From Candidatus Bathyarchaeota archaeon (GTDB taxonomy: Archaea; Thermoproteota; Bathyarchaeia; 40CM-2-53-6): DNA of 64,000 nucleotides. Below, piece by piece: positions 44,548 to 58,088 of the stretch. The notes under the pieces are model-generated. The model saw nothing but the letters and a program-made list of their open reading frames with translations. It was not told the origin of the DNA and made no database searches. A program made the translations under genes and the position numbers. Where the stretch lies: NCBI GenBank assembly GCA_963833125.1, contig CAWHWX010000028.1, positions 95,501-159,500 on the forward strand, written 5' to 3'. How positions within the stretch are numbered: position 1 is the first letter of the stretch; each line of letters begins with the position of its first letter.

Positions 44548-44853
44548 CTAGTATCCGTATTTCTTTGCTTCTTCACCGAGGGCGGCTACAACCTTGGGGA
44601 ACTCATCTAGACCTACGGCCGGTGATATCTTCACATCTGTCTTGAACAGATAGAAGAACGGCGCGACTTTCCTGGTGAGTTCGTCGTTTGAGTTTGCTTC
44701 CACTACGAAGAAACCGTACCTCAAGGTGAACCAAGCAGCGAGAGGCTTCATTCGCTCTATAGCCTCTCCCATCTTCTTCTGCAAATCCGGACTTTTCTCG
44801 AAACTATTCTTCGCATCTGCAGGAGGATTGAACTCGATCATGTATTTTGCCAT
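44548..44853 (-). CDS. Small hypothetical protein (GYD/DUF3303-like ferredoxin fold suspected)
   Basis: 101-aa ATG ORF with GGAGGTGG SD; KPLAAWF...GFFVVEA...ISPA pattern. Confidence 0.7.
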   Translation of the reverse strand: MAKYMIEFNPPADAKNSFEKSPDLQKKMGEAIERMKPLAAWFTLRYGFFVVEANSNDELTRKVAPFFYLFKTDVKISPAVGLDEFPKVVAALGEEAKKYGY

Positions 44854-45004
44854 AATTATTCCACCTCCTGATCTGTACCGACGAGGCGAATTGCGACCAC
44901 GCCCTCTCCAGCATGTTAGTTAAGGGTATGCCTTATCGCAAATTCGGAAATTCTTCATCAATCAAATTTCTGTTTCTGTTCCTTTGATGTCCAAGAAAAC
45001 GGCT

Positions 45005-45032
45005 TGGGGGGCGCACCATTGATACCACACAC
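45005..45032 (-). repeat. 28-bp repeat, copy C
   Basis: Reverse complement GTGTGTG-GTATCAATGGTGCG-CCCCCCA. Confidence 0.8.
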
Positions 45033-45048
45033 ACTTTATGAACGTTGA

Positions 45049-47265
<2,217 letters not shown>

Positions 47266-47346
47266 CATAAACCTCTTCGAGGGCTTCTGAAGCGTATTCT
47301 GAACTGCAAATCAGATGATCAGGAAGCAACAACTAGTACACAGACG

Positions 47347-47530
47347 TTGCCGCCTTCTACCTCGATATCCACGATAACGCAAACCTCAGTGTCAACGGGG
47401 CCCAGGTGGAGTCAATGGGGCTCGTATGGAACAGGTCCCGGCCAGTTCAGCATACCTTCCGCTGTTGCCTTTGATTCTGGAGGGAATGTCTACGTGACCG
47501 ATACGGGTAACAACCGGGTGGGAAGTTCAC
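47347..47530 (+). pseudogene. NHL-repeat protein fragment
   Basis: A single NHL repeat WGSYGTGPGQFSIPSAVAFDSGGNVYVTDTGNNRV, truncated on both sides. Confidence 0.65.
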
Positions 47531-47549
47531 GTTATTTCTGCACGGTTTC

Positions 47550-47798
47550 TCATTTGTTTTCTTTCCAGCGTTCCTTCAATTCCTTATAGGAGATACCTGT
47601 GGGGTCGTTAAGCCATTTCCCGACGGCATGACAAAAAATTCTCTCCTCGTCGATCAAGTGTTGGTGGGGTTCTTTGTACTCGGGGCAGTTTTCCACTTGC
47701 TTGTAAACTCTCATTTTACTTGGCCCCGCAGAAAATTCGAAACTTCCGTAAGGCTGATGCAACCATACTCGACCACAATACCCACAGCAATACACCAA
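47550..47798 (-). CDS. Small Cys-rich hypothetical protein
   Basis: CCGYCG plus further Cys/His residues; 82 aa. Confidence 0.45.
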   Translation of the reverse strand: MVYCCGYCGRVWLHQPYGSFEFSAGPSKMRVYKQVENCPEYKEPHQHLIDEERIFCHAVGKWLNDPTGISYKELKERWKENK

Positions 47799-47896
47799 AC
47801 CTCACGGTTCACCCTCAACTATAAGAAAGTGATAGGTCCGGCGGAAGAACCATTATTATTCCGCTCTAAACCAATCAGATAAGGATTTGTTCAGGG

Positions 47897-49242
47897 TTGT
47901 TTCCAAGGGATAACGCGCTTGCGACAGACCTCTATGAGTTGACGATGGCGGCTGCCTATTTTGAGAACAAGGAGTCTGCAGAAGCGACATTCGAACTCTT
48001 CGTCAGGAACCTACCGAAGAATCGCTCATACCTCGTAGCAGCCGGACTGGAACAAGCTGTAGAGTATCTTCAAAATCTACATTTCGAGAAGGAACACATA
48101 GATTTCCTCCGGAAACACCCCGTTTTCAAGGGAATAAGCAACGACTTCTTCAGCTATCTCCTTAAACTTCGGTTCAGTGGCGATGTTTGGGCGCTCCCTG
48201 AAGGAACCGTATTCTTCGCCAACGAACCAATAATGAGGGTTACAGCCCCAATAATCGAGGCTCAGATCGTTGAAACATTCCTCTTATCCACCATCAACTT
48301 CCAGACGTTGATTGCAACAAAGGCCTCCAGAATTGTTCAGAGCGCGCGGGTCGCGATATTGTGGAATTCGGTGGCAGGCGCGCACATGGTCCCGAGGCTG
48401 CACTCTTCGCAGCTAGAGCGAGTTTTATCGGTGGATGCGTCGGGACGTCCAACGTATTGGCAGGATACAGGTTTGGGATACCGATCTATGGCACTATGGC
48501 TCACTCATTCATAATGAATTATGAGACCGAGGAGGAAGCATTCGAAAGATTCTGTCACACCTTCCCCTCAAACCCAGCCCTTCTCCTAGACACGTATGAC
48601 ACTCTGCAAGCCGCGAAAAAGGCAATTCCACTAAAACCCTCACTCGTAAGGCTTGACAGCGGCGACCGCTACGAACTCAGCACCAAAGTGAGGAAGATCC
48701 TAGACGACGCTGGACTTAAGGAGACGAAAATATTCGTGAGTGGCGACTTGAACGAAATCATCATAGACGACCTCACCGCTAGGGACGCACCTATCGACGC
48801 TTTCGGCGTCGGAACGGAACTCGTCACCTCACGATGACCCCGCACTTCAAGGGATCTATAAGATTGTTGAGACGCATCGACTTGGCGAACTGAACTTTCG
48901 CGTAAAGACAAGCGAAGGCAAACGGACCATGCCTGGTGCTAAACAAGTCTACAGGAAGTACTCAGGTAACGGAGAATCAAAGAAGATATACTCGCGTTGC
49001 AAGACGAGGAGAAGGTCACAGGCGGAGAACCTCTCTTAGTTAAGGTCCTGGAGAATGGCAAAGTCGTCTGCCCGTTGCCAAAGCTTCAGGCGATCAGAGA
49101 AACTACTCTGAGTGGCGTTGCGAGATTACCGAAGATGTGTAGAGAATTGACGAATCCGCAGACCGTGCCGGTGCGTTTGAGTTCAAGACTACAACAATTA
49201 AGCGAGTCCTTGTGGAAAAAACCTGAACAGCGAGCTACTTAG
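47897..49242 (+). CDS. pncB: Nicotinate phosphoribosyltransferase (frameshifted)
   Basis: TDLYELTM, EFGGRRAH, GTMAHS, LLDTYD, RLDSGD and FGVGT motifs. Confidence 0.92.
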
Positions 49243-49418
49243 GCCGACGCAGCCAATTCGTTGACAGTTTCAGTAACGACAAACCACGATGATCACCGAG
49301 ATCAATTATCGAATTTGCATGGTTAGCAACCGTGAATTCTCTTCCTGAAAACTTTAATTGGAACGCATTTTGTTAGACGAACAAAATCTTTCACCCATGT
49401 AATGAAACGGTGTGAAGT

Positions 49419-50039
49419 ATGACCCCTTATGCTAACAAGGCCACTCTTCAAGGCCGGACGTTCAAGTATAGAGGTCAAAGCTATTCTAGTTCCTGCTTGG
49501 AGTGCAAGGATTTCGTCAATTGCTGTGGCAGTTCTCTGACAACGGAGTTCGACGGTGCATCGCCCGCCAAAAAACCGGGCTTATCGAGACGAGATTTCTT
49601 GAAGATCATGGGTGGAGTTTCTGCGGTTCTTGCGGCCGCTCCTTTCGCAGCGGCTGGCCAATTCCTAATTCCTCAAGTCCCTACAACGTTCAAAGATACC
49701 CTGATCGGTACCAAAAGCGATGTGCCAGTGAACGGTTCCATTGTCTACTGGTTTCCGTTCACGACGGACCCGACCTACACCAATATGTTGATTCACTTGC
49801 CGCCAGACTTGGCGAAAAAGGCCGGAAACGAGTTCGTCTCCTATAATCGGACCTGCATCCATCTGCAATGCTTAGTATCCTATTTGGGAACCTCGGAGAT
49901 TATTGGATGTCCGTGTCATGGAAGCATGTACAGACCGACCGATGGATGGCCTGTCGGAGGTCCCGCAGCCCAGATCGGACGGTACTTGCCGAATGTTCAA
50001 CTCCGGTTCGACGGCGATAACATCTACGCCACAACATAG
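49419..50039 (+). CDS. Rieske [2Fe-2S] protein of a bc-type complex with Tat signal
   Basis: SRRDFLK Tat motif; CIHLQC and CPCHGSMY boxes; GGPA. Confidence 0.93.
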   Translation: MTPYANKATLQGRTFKYRGQSYSSSCLECKDFVNCCGSSLTTEFDGASPAKKPGLSRRDFLKIMGGVSAVLAAAPFAAAGQFLIPQVPTTFKDTLIGTKSDVPVNGSIVYWFPFTTDPTYTNMLIHLPPDLAKKAGNEFVSYNRTCIHLQCLVSYLGTSEIIGCPCHGSMYRPTDGWPVGGPAAQIGRYLPNVQLRFDGDNIYATT

Positions 50040-50045
50040 ATTTGA

Positions 50046-51446
50046 ATGCGATTGGATATGGCAGCACCACGCCCCCAAGCCAGTAAAGAGAAGAACCCCG
50101 TTCAGCTCTTGATCGACTGGCTGAACCAGCGGCTAGAAAGAACCATCTTCTTGGGATTGAAGTTCACCCTCCCCAAGAGGTTCGTGAGCCCTCTAGGCTT
50201 TCTAGGCTTCTTAACCTTCACGACCTTCGCGCTACTCGGAATATCCGGCGCGCTTCTCATGCTCTACTACAGCCCCACTGTCATCTTCAATACCGTAACC
50301 GGATCCGTAACTTCGCCATTTGACAGCGTGCAAACCATTGATCAAGTAATCCCGTTTGGTTCGGCGTTACGCAATATCCACTACTACGCCTCAAATGCCA
50401 TGGTGCTTCTGGCTGTTGCGCACATGTTCTATCAGTACTTCTCGGGGCGGTACAAATTACGGTACGAAGTTCTCTGGGTAACCGGCATCATCATCGGTAT
50501 CCTGACGATCATTGAGGCTTACACTGGGTATGATCTATTGCTGAACGTGCGAGGCATGTTGGCGATTAACATTGGGAGAGCGTTAGCTCGAAGTACGCCG
50601 TTTATGGGTCCGACAGCCTTTCGGTTGATGGCCGGCACGGGGCTTGGTGATCTCATACTCCGATTCTATAGCGTCCACGTATTCATTTTTCCAATGCTAA
50701 TGATCCTCGTGATGATGGTTCACTTTCCGCGTTACATGGTCCTTGACATACCAGTCGTGTCTATGGTTTCCGGCGCAATCATGGTGATCGGTGGCCTCTT
50801 TCCGGTTGAGTTAGGGACGAAGTTCATTCCAACGGCTGAGGCGGGCATAACGATGCCTGAATGGTACTTGACTGGCATGTACGCGATCATACGAACTGGA
50901 ATCGACAAGTTCATCGCGGGGGCGGTCATACCGATGATTTTTGTAGTAGTCTTCCTGATCGTCCCATTCATAGATACTAGCAGGAAACTTTCGGTGCGGG
51001 ATCGACCGTTCTATACTGCTATGGGAGTTGCTGGCTTAGCACAAATCGCACTAACGACCGTCTGGGGATTTAGAGCGAATGACATATTCTTCCCCCTGAA
51101 CGATATTCCTCAACTCGAGATTGACCCCTTCGTCTTCTTCGGATCGTTAGTATTCATAGGCGCCGTAGCCTATGCAGGAATTTACTTATGGTTCCGAGCC
51201 ACCGCACCTCCTCCCGGAGCTCGCCCAACCCATTCCCGCAAGCAATTTCCAATCTACAAGATGACGTCGAATGAATGGCGTGCGATTGTTCTTTCACTAC
51301 TCGGATTTCAAGTACTCTTCGATATCTATTCATCTCAAGCTTTCTTGGCTGGATTCAAGAACGTCGTCCTTCTGCAGATCGGGGTGGGACTGATCGCATT
51401 CGGAGTGATAGCCCACCTTTATCGAATTGGAGCAGAATCGAAGTAG
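50046..51446 (+). CDS. petB: Cytochrome b (b6 plus subunit IV fused, with extra TM helices)
   Basis: Heme ligands in RNIHYY..AHM and SVHV..VHF; TGYDL and PEWY motifs. Confidence 0.93.
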   Translation: MRLDMAAPRPQASKEKNPVQLLIDWLNQRLERTIFLGLKFTLPKRFVSPLGFLGFLTFTTFALLGISGALLMLYYSPTVIFNTVTGSVTSPFDSVQTIDQVIPFGSALRNIHYYASNAMVLLAVAHMFYQYFSGRYKLRYEVLWVTGIIIGILTIIEAYTGYDLLLNVRGMLAINIGRALARSTPFMGPTAFRLMAGTGLGDLILRFYSVHVFIFPMLMILVMMVHFPRYMVLDIPVVSMVSGAIMVIGGLFPVELGTKFIPTAEAGITMPEWYLTGMYAIIRTGIDKFIAGAVIPMIFVVVFLIVPFIDTSRKLSVRDRPFYTAMGVAGLAQIALTTVWGFRANDIFFPLNDIPQLEIDPFVFFGSLVFIGAVAYAGIYLWFRATAPPPGARPTHSRKQFPIYKMTSNEWRAIVLSLLGFQVLFDIYSSQAFLAGFKNVVLLQIGVGLIAFGVIAHLYRIGAESK

Positions 51447-51458
51447 AGTGCGCATACG

Positions 51459-51918
51459 ATGTCTCAACCGAAGGTAATTCAAGGACCATGGGTAGGAGCA
51501 GCCGCCGGTTTTGCTCCTCCTCTTGATGGGTACAGGGATGTTCTATTACCAGTTCTATATCCTGCCAGCTGAGGTTGGGCCACCACATGTTCCGCAAAAT
51601 ATTACAATCAACATTGTAGCACAGCAATGGGCGTTCATGGAGAATGGAACCATCAACATCCAAGACACTCCAATAGTTGTGCACGTGGGCGACAATGTTA
51701 CCTTTCACGTACATGGAATTTGGCAACAGGACCCATCCTTCAGCGAACATGGTTTCTTCATCGAAGGCATAATGGACACGCCCGGGACCGTGCAAAAGGG
51801 GCATGACCTTACAGTTACGATTGTACCGACTCAGCCGGGGGAGTACACTATAATCTGCACAATTTTCTGCGGGGCAGGCCACGCAAATATGCATGGCCTG
51901 CTTGATGTGCTTCCTTAG
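51459..51918 (+). CDS. Membrane-anchored CuA cupredoxin (cytochrome oxidase subunit II-like domain)
   Basis: One TM, AQQWAF, HGF and CTIFCGAGHANM (CxxxCxxxHxxM); probable N-terminal frameshift. Confidence 0.85.
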
Positions 51919-51919
51919 G

Positions 51920-52821
51920 AGCGTCTTGCCCTCGCAAGTTACTACTACCCAAACCATTAGGAATTACGTTGAGGTCACGAAGCCCCCAATCGTCTTCCTC
52001 CTTGTCTTCACTTCATTTGCAACCATGATCATCGCTTGGAGTCAGACGCTTCTTCCCCTCACTCCAACGCTTCTCGTTGCAGGATTAGCTGGCCATCACA
52101 GCGTCGAGCGCTGGGTGCGACACGCTCACATCCTACGTTGACAGGGACATCGACGCAATAATGAACCGTACCAAGAATCGCCCTATACCCAGTGGACGCA
52201 TAACCCCAACGAAGGCCCTGGTTTGGGGATTATTCTTGGCTGCCTTCGGCCTTGCCGTAGCCTACTGGATTAATCCATTATCCTTCGTTTGGATTGCTCT
52301 CGGTGTATTTGACAATGTAGTGGTGTACAGTCTTCTGCTGAAACGGCGAAGTTCACTGAACATTATCCTCGGAGGGATAAGCGGAGGCTTACCAGTAATG
52401 TTCGGATGGAGCGCCGTAACAAATGGAGTCACGCTCCTCCCAGTTCTCCTAGCAGCGTTAGTTGTACTCTGGATTCCAGGACACATATGGAGCCTAGCAA
52501 TATTCACCAAAGATGACTATACAAGAGCCAAAATACCGATGCTGCCTGTAGTAACAAAACTCAAGACCGCCCTACGATGCATCGTATCAACTGTAGTTTT
52601 GATGATTCCGTTCTCGCTCTGGATTTACTTCGGGACACTTCGGACCCGTCTACTTAGCGGTTGCCATCTTCTTCGGAGCTTGGGTGCTCTACATTAATCT
52701 GAAACTGTTCTTCCAGCCCAACAATGAGATGGCTTACAAAGCGTTCAAAGTATCAAGCCCATACTTGTTCGCCCTTTTCTTCGCGTTGATTGTAGACAGC
52801 CTCGTTCGGGCAGCCCTTTAG
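51920..52821 (+). CDS. ctaB: Protoheme IX farnesyltransferase (heme O synthase; frameshifted; start approximate)
   Basis: TKPPIV, DRDID..MNRTKNRPIPSG, NIILGGISG, WIPGHIW and DYTRAKIPMLP motifs. Confidence 0.9.
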
Positions 52822-52825
52822 GGGC

Positions 52826-53994
52826 CTAGGAAACGAACGGTCCCAGTCCCCTTGGCGTTCGACAGGTAATGACGTCCTTTATTCCCTGAGTACCGAGGAA
52901 TCCAAGGAGTAAATGGAAGACGAAGTCGTTACCCATGAAATGATCAGCCATCCGCCTCAATTGGGTTGAGACCCGCATTTCCTTTCCCATCACCTCCTTC
53001 CATTTGCTCTCGTAGTGAGAAAGCGGAACCCCGCGTTGAACATAATCAGCCGCAACCTGCCCAGCAATTTCACCACTTATCATGGCAGTTGAGATTCCGC
53101 CCCCGTTGGTAGGCATCACCATGCCAGCAGCATCTCCGACGGCAATCACTTTCTCAGAACAAGTTCTGGACAGTGGGCCATCCACTGGAAGAACGTCCGC
53201 AATCATTGGCCCAGGTTTTCCGCCTTCAAGTTTCGATTTGGAAAGTCGGACATTCGTCAAGGAAGAACTTGAGATAGCTTCGCCCGTCGTTCTTCTTCGA
53301 ATATGAAGTTCTGATGCCAATCCCTACGTTTGCGGATCTGTTTCCTTTAGGTATGATCCATCCATATCCGCCGGGCGCAACTTCCGTACCCATATACATC
53401 TCAGTCACGCTTTGGTCAACGGATAGGTCGGTCATCAAATATTCGTAGTTAATTGCGATATTATTGGCGGTCATGTAATCGTCTGTCAAGATACCCGGCG
53501 GACTTTGCAACCTTTGAAGGGAAACCATCGGCGGCAATTACAACCTTCGCCCTAACCCCCTCACCTTTGCTTGGGCCTACAAAGACGGCTCCGTTCTCCG
53601 TGAACAAATCTACGACCGTCCGCAACTGTATCGTCCCGCCCAACTTCTCGACCTCCTTGGCCACGTGCTGTTCCAAAATCGTTCGGTCGAGTATGTATGC
53701 CTCAAAATCAAATTCATATTCGCGCCCTTTGGGGGAGATCATTCGCAACGTCTTGCAAGTGTTGTTGACGGAATCTTGTGGAACATCGAAGACATGCATG
53801 TATTCCCCAGCGCTGGGAAGCAAACTCTCCATCTCCCTGCGGACCGGAAAGTATTCTCCGCACTTCACCGGAGCGCCCACGACCGTTTTCTTATCGAAGA
53901 CGTAAACGCTAAGCCCACGCTTCAGCGCCTCCCGAGCCGCATAGAGCCCTCCAGGCCCGGCGCCAGCCACTGCGAGATCCACTTCCTTGATCAA
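52826..53994 (-). CDS. Digeranylgeranylglycerophospholipid reductase-like flavoprotein (frameshifted)
   Basis: GAGPGG, PVKCGE, AADG, APGGYGWIIPK and VGDAAG..PTNGGGI motifs. Confidence 0.88.
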
Positions 53995-54056
53995 TCTACA
54001 AGACGCTCATGCAACGATTGCGCAGGCGCACAATGCTCGAATAATGACTTGGTTGC

Positions 54057-55523
54057 CTAATGGCTAAAGCTTGCGCCCGCGGGCACCAAGGAGTTGGCAA
54101 CTTGGAGGAGGTAACTGATGATCGGCCCAGGGTATAGGCCTACTACGATTATTATGATCGTACATGCGACGAGGACCGCAACGAGAGCTCTTGGCTCCTG
54201 TAGTCTCTCAAGCACAGGAGATTCATCGAAGTACATTCGCTTCACGACCCACCCGTAATACGCCATGGAGAAAGCGCTGTTCAGTACGCCCGCGAGTGCC
54301 AGCCACCAGAGGTTACCATCGACCGCAGCTGTGAACAACATTAGTTTGCTCATGAACCCGCTCAGAGGGGGAACTCCGGCTAGGGCAAAGAGTGAGATTG
54401 TGAGCGTGAATGCGGTTATGGGCATACGTTTTCCTAACCCAGAAAATGAATCGAGCGAAGTGGTCGACAGCCTACTGTAGACTGCGGCCGCAGCCATGAA
54501 GGCGGCTGTCTTCATAACGCCATGGTTGAGGACGTGGAATAGCGCCCCTGCTATTCCTAGCGGATTCGGCGCCGCGAAGCCGATCAAAATGTAGCCTGCT
54601 TGTGCGATGCTTGAATATGCGAGCATTCGAGTGAAACTCTTCTGCATGAGCGCGGCCACGTTCCCCAGAGTCATTGTCAGAATCGCGATCACGGCGAATG
54701 TCCCCGACCAATCCAAACGGAGAGCGATCAATGCTATCGCGAACACGCGAAAGAGGGCTGCGAAGCCACCGTTCTTGGTTCCAGCAGCCAGAAAAGCGCC
54801 TATTGTTATGGGCGCGCCCTCGTAGGCGTCTGGTATCCACATGTGGAATGGAACTGCAGCTACCTTCATGCCGAAACCCGCAATGAAAAGAACCATTGCA
54901 AGCAGGGCTAATGGGTTCAATTGAGGAAGAACAGTTTGTAAGCCCTGTGCGACACCGTACATGTTCGTTGTGCCCGTAATTCCAAACACGATCGAAATTG
55001 CGTAGATAATCAGAGCAGAAGAGAGTGCACTCAAGATGAAGAATTTTATCGCCGCTTCGTTCGAGGTCGGATCATCCTTCTGAATTCCAGTTAGAACGTA
55101 AGATGGGACGTTCATCAACTCCCACGCAAGAAAGAGTGCAACGAGGTCGACAGAGAAGGCGACCAAGATCATACCGAACGTTCCGAGAAGAAGCAGGCTG
55201 AAGTAAGTATCAAAATTCTTGTTCTCACGCATGTAATACATTGAACCGATAGCAATGAGCAGAGTGATTAGGACAAAAACTCCGGTAAAATAAACTGAGA
55301 AGCTATCAATGGAGAGCACTCCAAGCACGACTTCAGTCTTCGGAATTCCTTGGCTGAGGATTATCGCAACTGCTCCAAGCATAACGAAGAGCGCTAGAAT
55401 CGACCAGTAAGCGACCATCATACGTGATCGAATTCGGTTTGCGAGTCCTTGAATCAAAGGAACGAGAATGCTGAAGACAGGCAGAGTAACTAGCAATACG
55501 ACAGTCGTCAGCGGCATCTGCAT
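54057..55523 (-). CDS. nuoN: NADH:quinone oxidoreductase subunit N (stand-alone)
   Basis: AWELM, EAAIKFF, KVAAVPFHMWIPDAYEGAP, RMLAYSSIAQAGY and AGVPPLSGF motifs. Confidence 0.93.
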   Translation of the reverse strand: MQMPLTTVVLLVTLPVFSILVPLIQGLANRIRSRMMVAYWSILALFVMLGAVAIILSQGIPKTEVVLGVLSIDSFSVYFTGVFVLITLLIAIGSMYYMRENKNFDTYFSLLLLGTFGMILVAFSVDLVALFLAWELMNVPSYVLTGIQKDDPTSNEAAIKFFILSALSSALIIYAISIVFGITGTTNMYGVAQGLQTVLPQLNPLALLAMVLFIAGFGMKVAAVPFHMWIPDAYEGAPITIGAFLAAGTKNGGFAALFRVFAIALIALRLDWSGTFAVIAILTMTLGNVAALMQKSFTRMLAYSSIAQAGYILIGFAAPNPLGIAGALFHVLNHGVMKTAAFMAAAAVYSRLSTTSLDSFSGLGKRMPITAFTLTISLFALAGVPPLSGFMSKLMLFTAAVDGNLWWLALAGVLNSAFSMAYYGWVVKRMYFDESPVLERLQEPRALVAVLVACTIIIIVVGLYPGPIISYLLQVANSLVPAGASFSH

Positions 55524-55646
55524 TGCTTTCGCCTGTTCAAGAACGCCCTACTCCAATTATCATACATAAATAACGTTTCGCAGAGCAAACTTTTTCTTAC
55601 CGGTTCTCGGTGTCAGACTGACCTGCCTAGAAATTGTGATTGAGCG

Positions 55647-55970
55647 ATGTCTGGATTAGAAACGGTGAAGATCATTGTGGACGCGGAGAAGCAGGCCGCG
55701 AAAATCATACAGGATGCTGAAGCTACGGCAGCCAATATACGAAAGAAGATCGACTCTCTGATCCAAGAGCAGCGAACACAAATGTTGGCTACTGCGAAGA
55801 AAGAAGCAGCGGCCCTCGTTCAACAAGCCGAAGAGGAAGGTAAGCGCGAAGCCGAAAGTTACGAGAAGGAAGCGATCGTGAAGACCCGTGACCTGATCAC
55901 GCGCGCTTCTTCTAAGAAGAACGTGACGGTTGAGAAGCTTGTGAGCGTAGTTATGGAAGGGGAGAAATGA
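55647..55970 (+). CDS. A/V-type ATP synthase subunit H (G)
   Basis: Ala/Glu/Lys-rich coiled coil; first gene of the ATPase cluster. Confidence 0.78.
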   Translation: MSGLETVKIIVDAEKQAAKIIQDAEATAANIRKKIDSLIQEQRTQMLATAKKEAAALVQQAEEEGKREAESYEKEAIVKTRDLITRASSKKNVTVEKLVSVVMEGEK

Positions 55971-56587
55971 TGTCAGAGACCAGCAAGTTCACAGAGGACA
56001 TATTGACCGTGGCGGCAGAAAGGGCCAGAAAGATCATCGGCGAGGCTGAAGCGGAATCTCAACGTGCATCAGATGAAGCAAAAACCTCCATATCCAGAGA
56101 AGCGGACGCCATCATTCGGACCGCTCGTGCTGACGCGGAGGCAGTTAAGCGTCGAGAGATCAGCGAAGCTCGACATAAGTCGAAGCTCCGTGAAGAGCAG
56201 GAGAAGGACAAAGTCATGACCGAAGTACTCGACGGCGCGAGGAGACGCGTATTGGATGCGCCTAAGGACGAAAGCAAATACCTGCCGTACCTAACAAAAC
56301 TGGTCGAGAGCGCCATCCGCGAACTCGGAGACGAAACACCCACAGTCCACCTGAATAAAGCGGATATGACCAAGATTAACCGAACTAGCCTAGAACGGGA
56401 CGTCACCAAGGGTTTACAGAAAGCAACCAAGATCGAATGGTCGAAGGAACCAATCGAAACGGCAGGCGGCGCCATAGTTTCAAGTCCCAACGGCAAGACG
56501 AGAATTGTGAATACTCTGGATGAGAGATTCAACGCCTTGGAGTCAAAATTGCTCATCGAAGCCGGAAAGTCTCTCTTTGGCCAATGA
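55967..56587 (+). CDS. A/V-type ATP synthase subunit E
   Basis: N-terminal coiled coil and C-terminal GGAIVSS..GK..IVNTLDERF. Confidence 0.9.
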   Translation: MMSETSKFTEDILTVAAERARKIIGEAEAESQRASDEAKTSISREADAIIRTARADAEAVKRREISEARHKSKLREEQEKDKVMTEVLDGARRRVLDAPKDESKYLPYLTKLVESAIRELGDETPTVHLNKADMTKINRTSLERDVTKGLQKATKIEWSKEPIETAGGAIVSSPNGKTRIVNTLDERFNALESKLLIEAGKSLFGQ

Positions 56588-56616
56588 AATCAATACGTTA
56601 CGAGATCTAGTTTCAA

Positions 56617-57637
56617 ATGACCTCGGCAGGACGGTACGCGGAATTATCGGCAGCCGTCCGTTCATTCAAAGCCGAACTTGTCAAGCCGGCCCAACTAGAA
56701 CGATTCCTCGAAACCGGCTCCCTCGCTGAAATCGTGAGCGCGATTACAGGCGGTCGAATAACCTCAGCAGACCCCTTTGACTTAAGCCCCGTAGAATCGT
56801 TTCTTGTACAAAGAACAATAGAGCTAGCTCAGAGACTAGCCTCCTATGCTCCGCAGGATTCTAGACCCTTGGTTAAGCACTTTTCAAGAGGGTTCGAGTA
56901 CGCGTGCGTTAAGGAGATTCTGAAGGCGAGTTCAGCTCAAATTGACCCAGAGGAAGCGCTGAGGCACATCGTACCTGCTGGTAAGTTTACGGCGGATCGA
57001 TGTAAGGATCTGATAGAATCGCATAATCCGAATCGTGTAATTGAAAGCGTAGAGGACGAAGCGCTCAGACGGTTTGTGGCGCCTAAGCTTACGGGCGAAA
57101 GAGGGAGCTTCCAAGCCGTTTCCGCAATAGACCAATACTATTTCACGAAATTGTGGGCCGCGTCAAATCTACCTGACCCACTCGACGCGCAATCAGCAAA
57201 GGGATTGATTGGCGAGGCGATAGACCAGCTAAACATACTGTTGGCGCTGAGGGCCCGTCAAATGGGGTTGGACGCCAGGGCTGCTTCAGAAATGATGATT
57301 CCTATCAACTATAGTCTCGGCCAAGCGTTCAATGAACTACCAGAAGCAAACAATGTTCAGAACCTAGGGCGCATACTCGAAAAGACGCAGTTATGCCCAG
57401 TCCTTGGAAGCTGGGACGACGCTCGATGGCGGGAAGGTAGAGTGCGAGCTCAATCGAAGCCACGCCAATGCTTGCTTGAACATGTTCGCGGGGTCACCGT
57501 TCAATGTTGGACTCGCGCTGGCGTTTCTATTTCTAAAGAACTATGAAATGAGAGACCTCTTCAGTTTAATTAACGCCAAAGCAAACAATCTCCCAACTGA
57601 AAGAGTGTTAGAATCGCTTATCCTTCGCAACTCGTGA
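56617..57637 (+). CDS. A/V-type ATP synthase subunit C (frameshifted)
   Basis: RYAELSAAVR, IDQYYF, IDQLNI and PFNVGLALAFL.LK.YE patterns. Confidence 0.8.
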
Positions 57638-57695
57638 CCCCAGTAAGGGTTATAACGGATTGCTCGCTGTTCACCGCAACAGGTGCTGACGAGAA

Positions 57696-58040
57696 ATGAA
57701 GCGCAGCCGACAAATGACTTTGAGCATACTCTTGATGGCAGTTGGAGTCATTACGATTTCCTCAATGGTCGCAGTCGCATTCTCATCTAGTCCTTCACAA
57801 GCTGCCACTACGACAAGTGGTGTCAGTGACAAAGGATTCTTTCTAGTTGGAGCCGGAATTGCTGCCGGTTTGGCTTCATGCGGCGCCGGCATCGGCCTAG
57901 GCACCGCTAGTGCAGCCGCCATAGGAGCTATTGCTGAGAAACCTGAGATGTTAGGCAGAACCCTGCTCTTCGTAGTGCTAATCGAAGCCATCGCAATATA
58001 CGGCCTCGCGATGTTCTTCATCATCTATTCAAGAATCTAA
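57696..58040 (+). CDS. A/V-type ATP synthase subunit K (c, proteolipid)
   Basis: GAGIGLG, AIAEKPE and LIEAIAIYG (ion-binding Glu). Confidence 0.93.
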   Translation: MKRSRQMTLSILLMAVGVITISSMVAVAFSSSPSQAATTTSGVSDKGFFLVGAGIAAGLASCGAGIGLGTASAAAIGAIAEKPEMLGRTLLFVVLIEAIAIYGLAMFFIIYSRI

Positions 58041-58088
58041 AGCCAAACCCAATCGCTGCCACCGCGAACTAACTCGTTGTTTGAAGAA

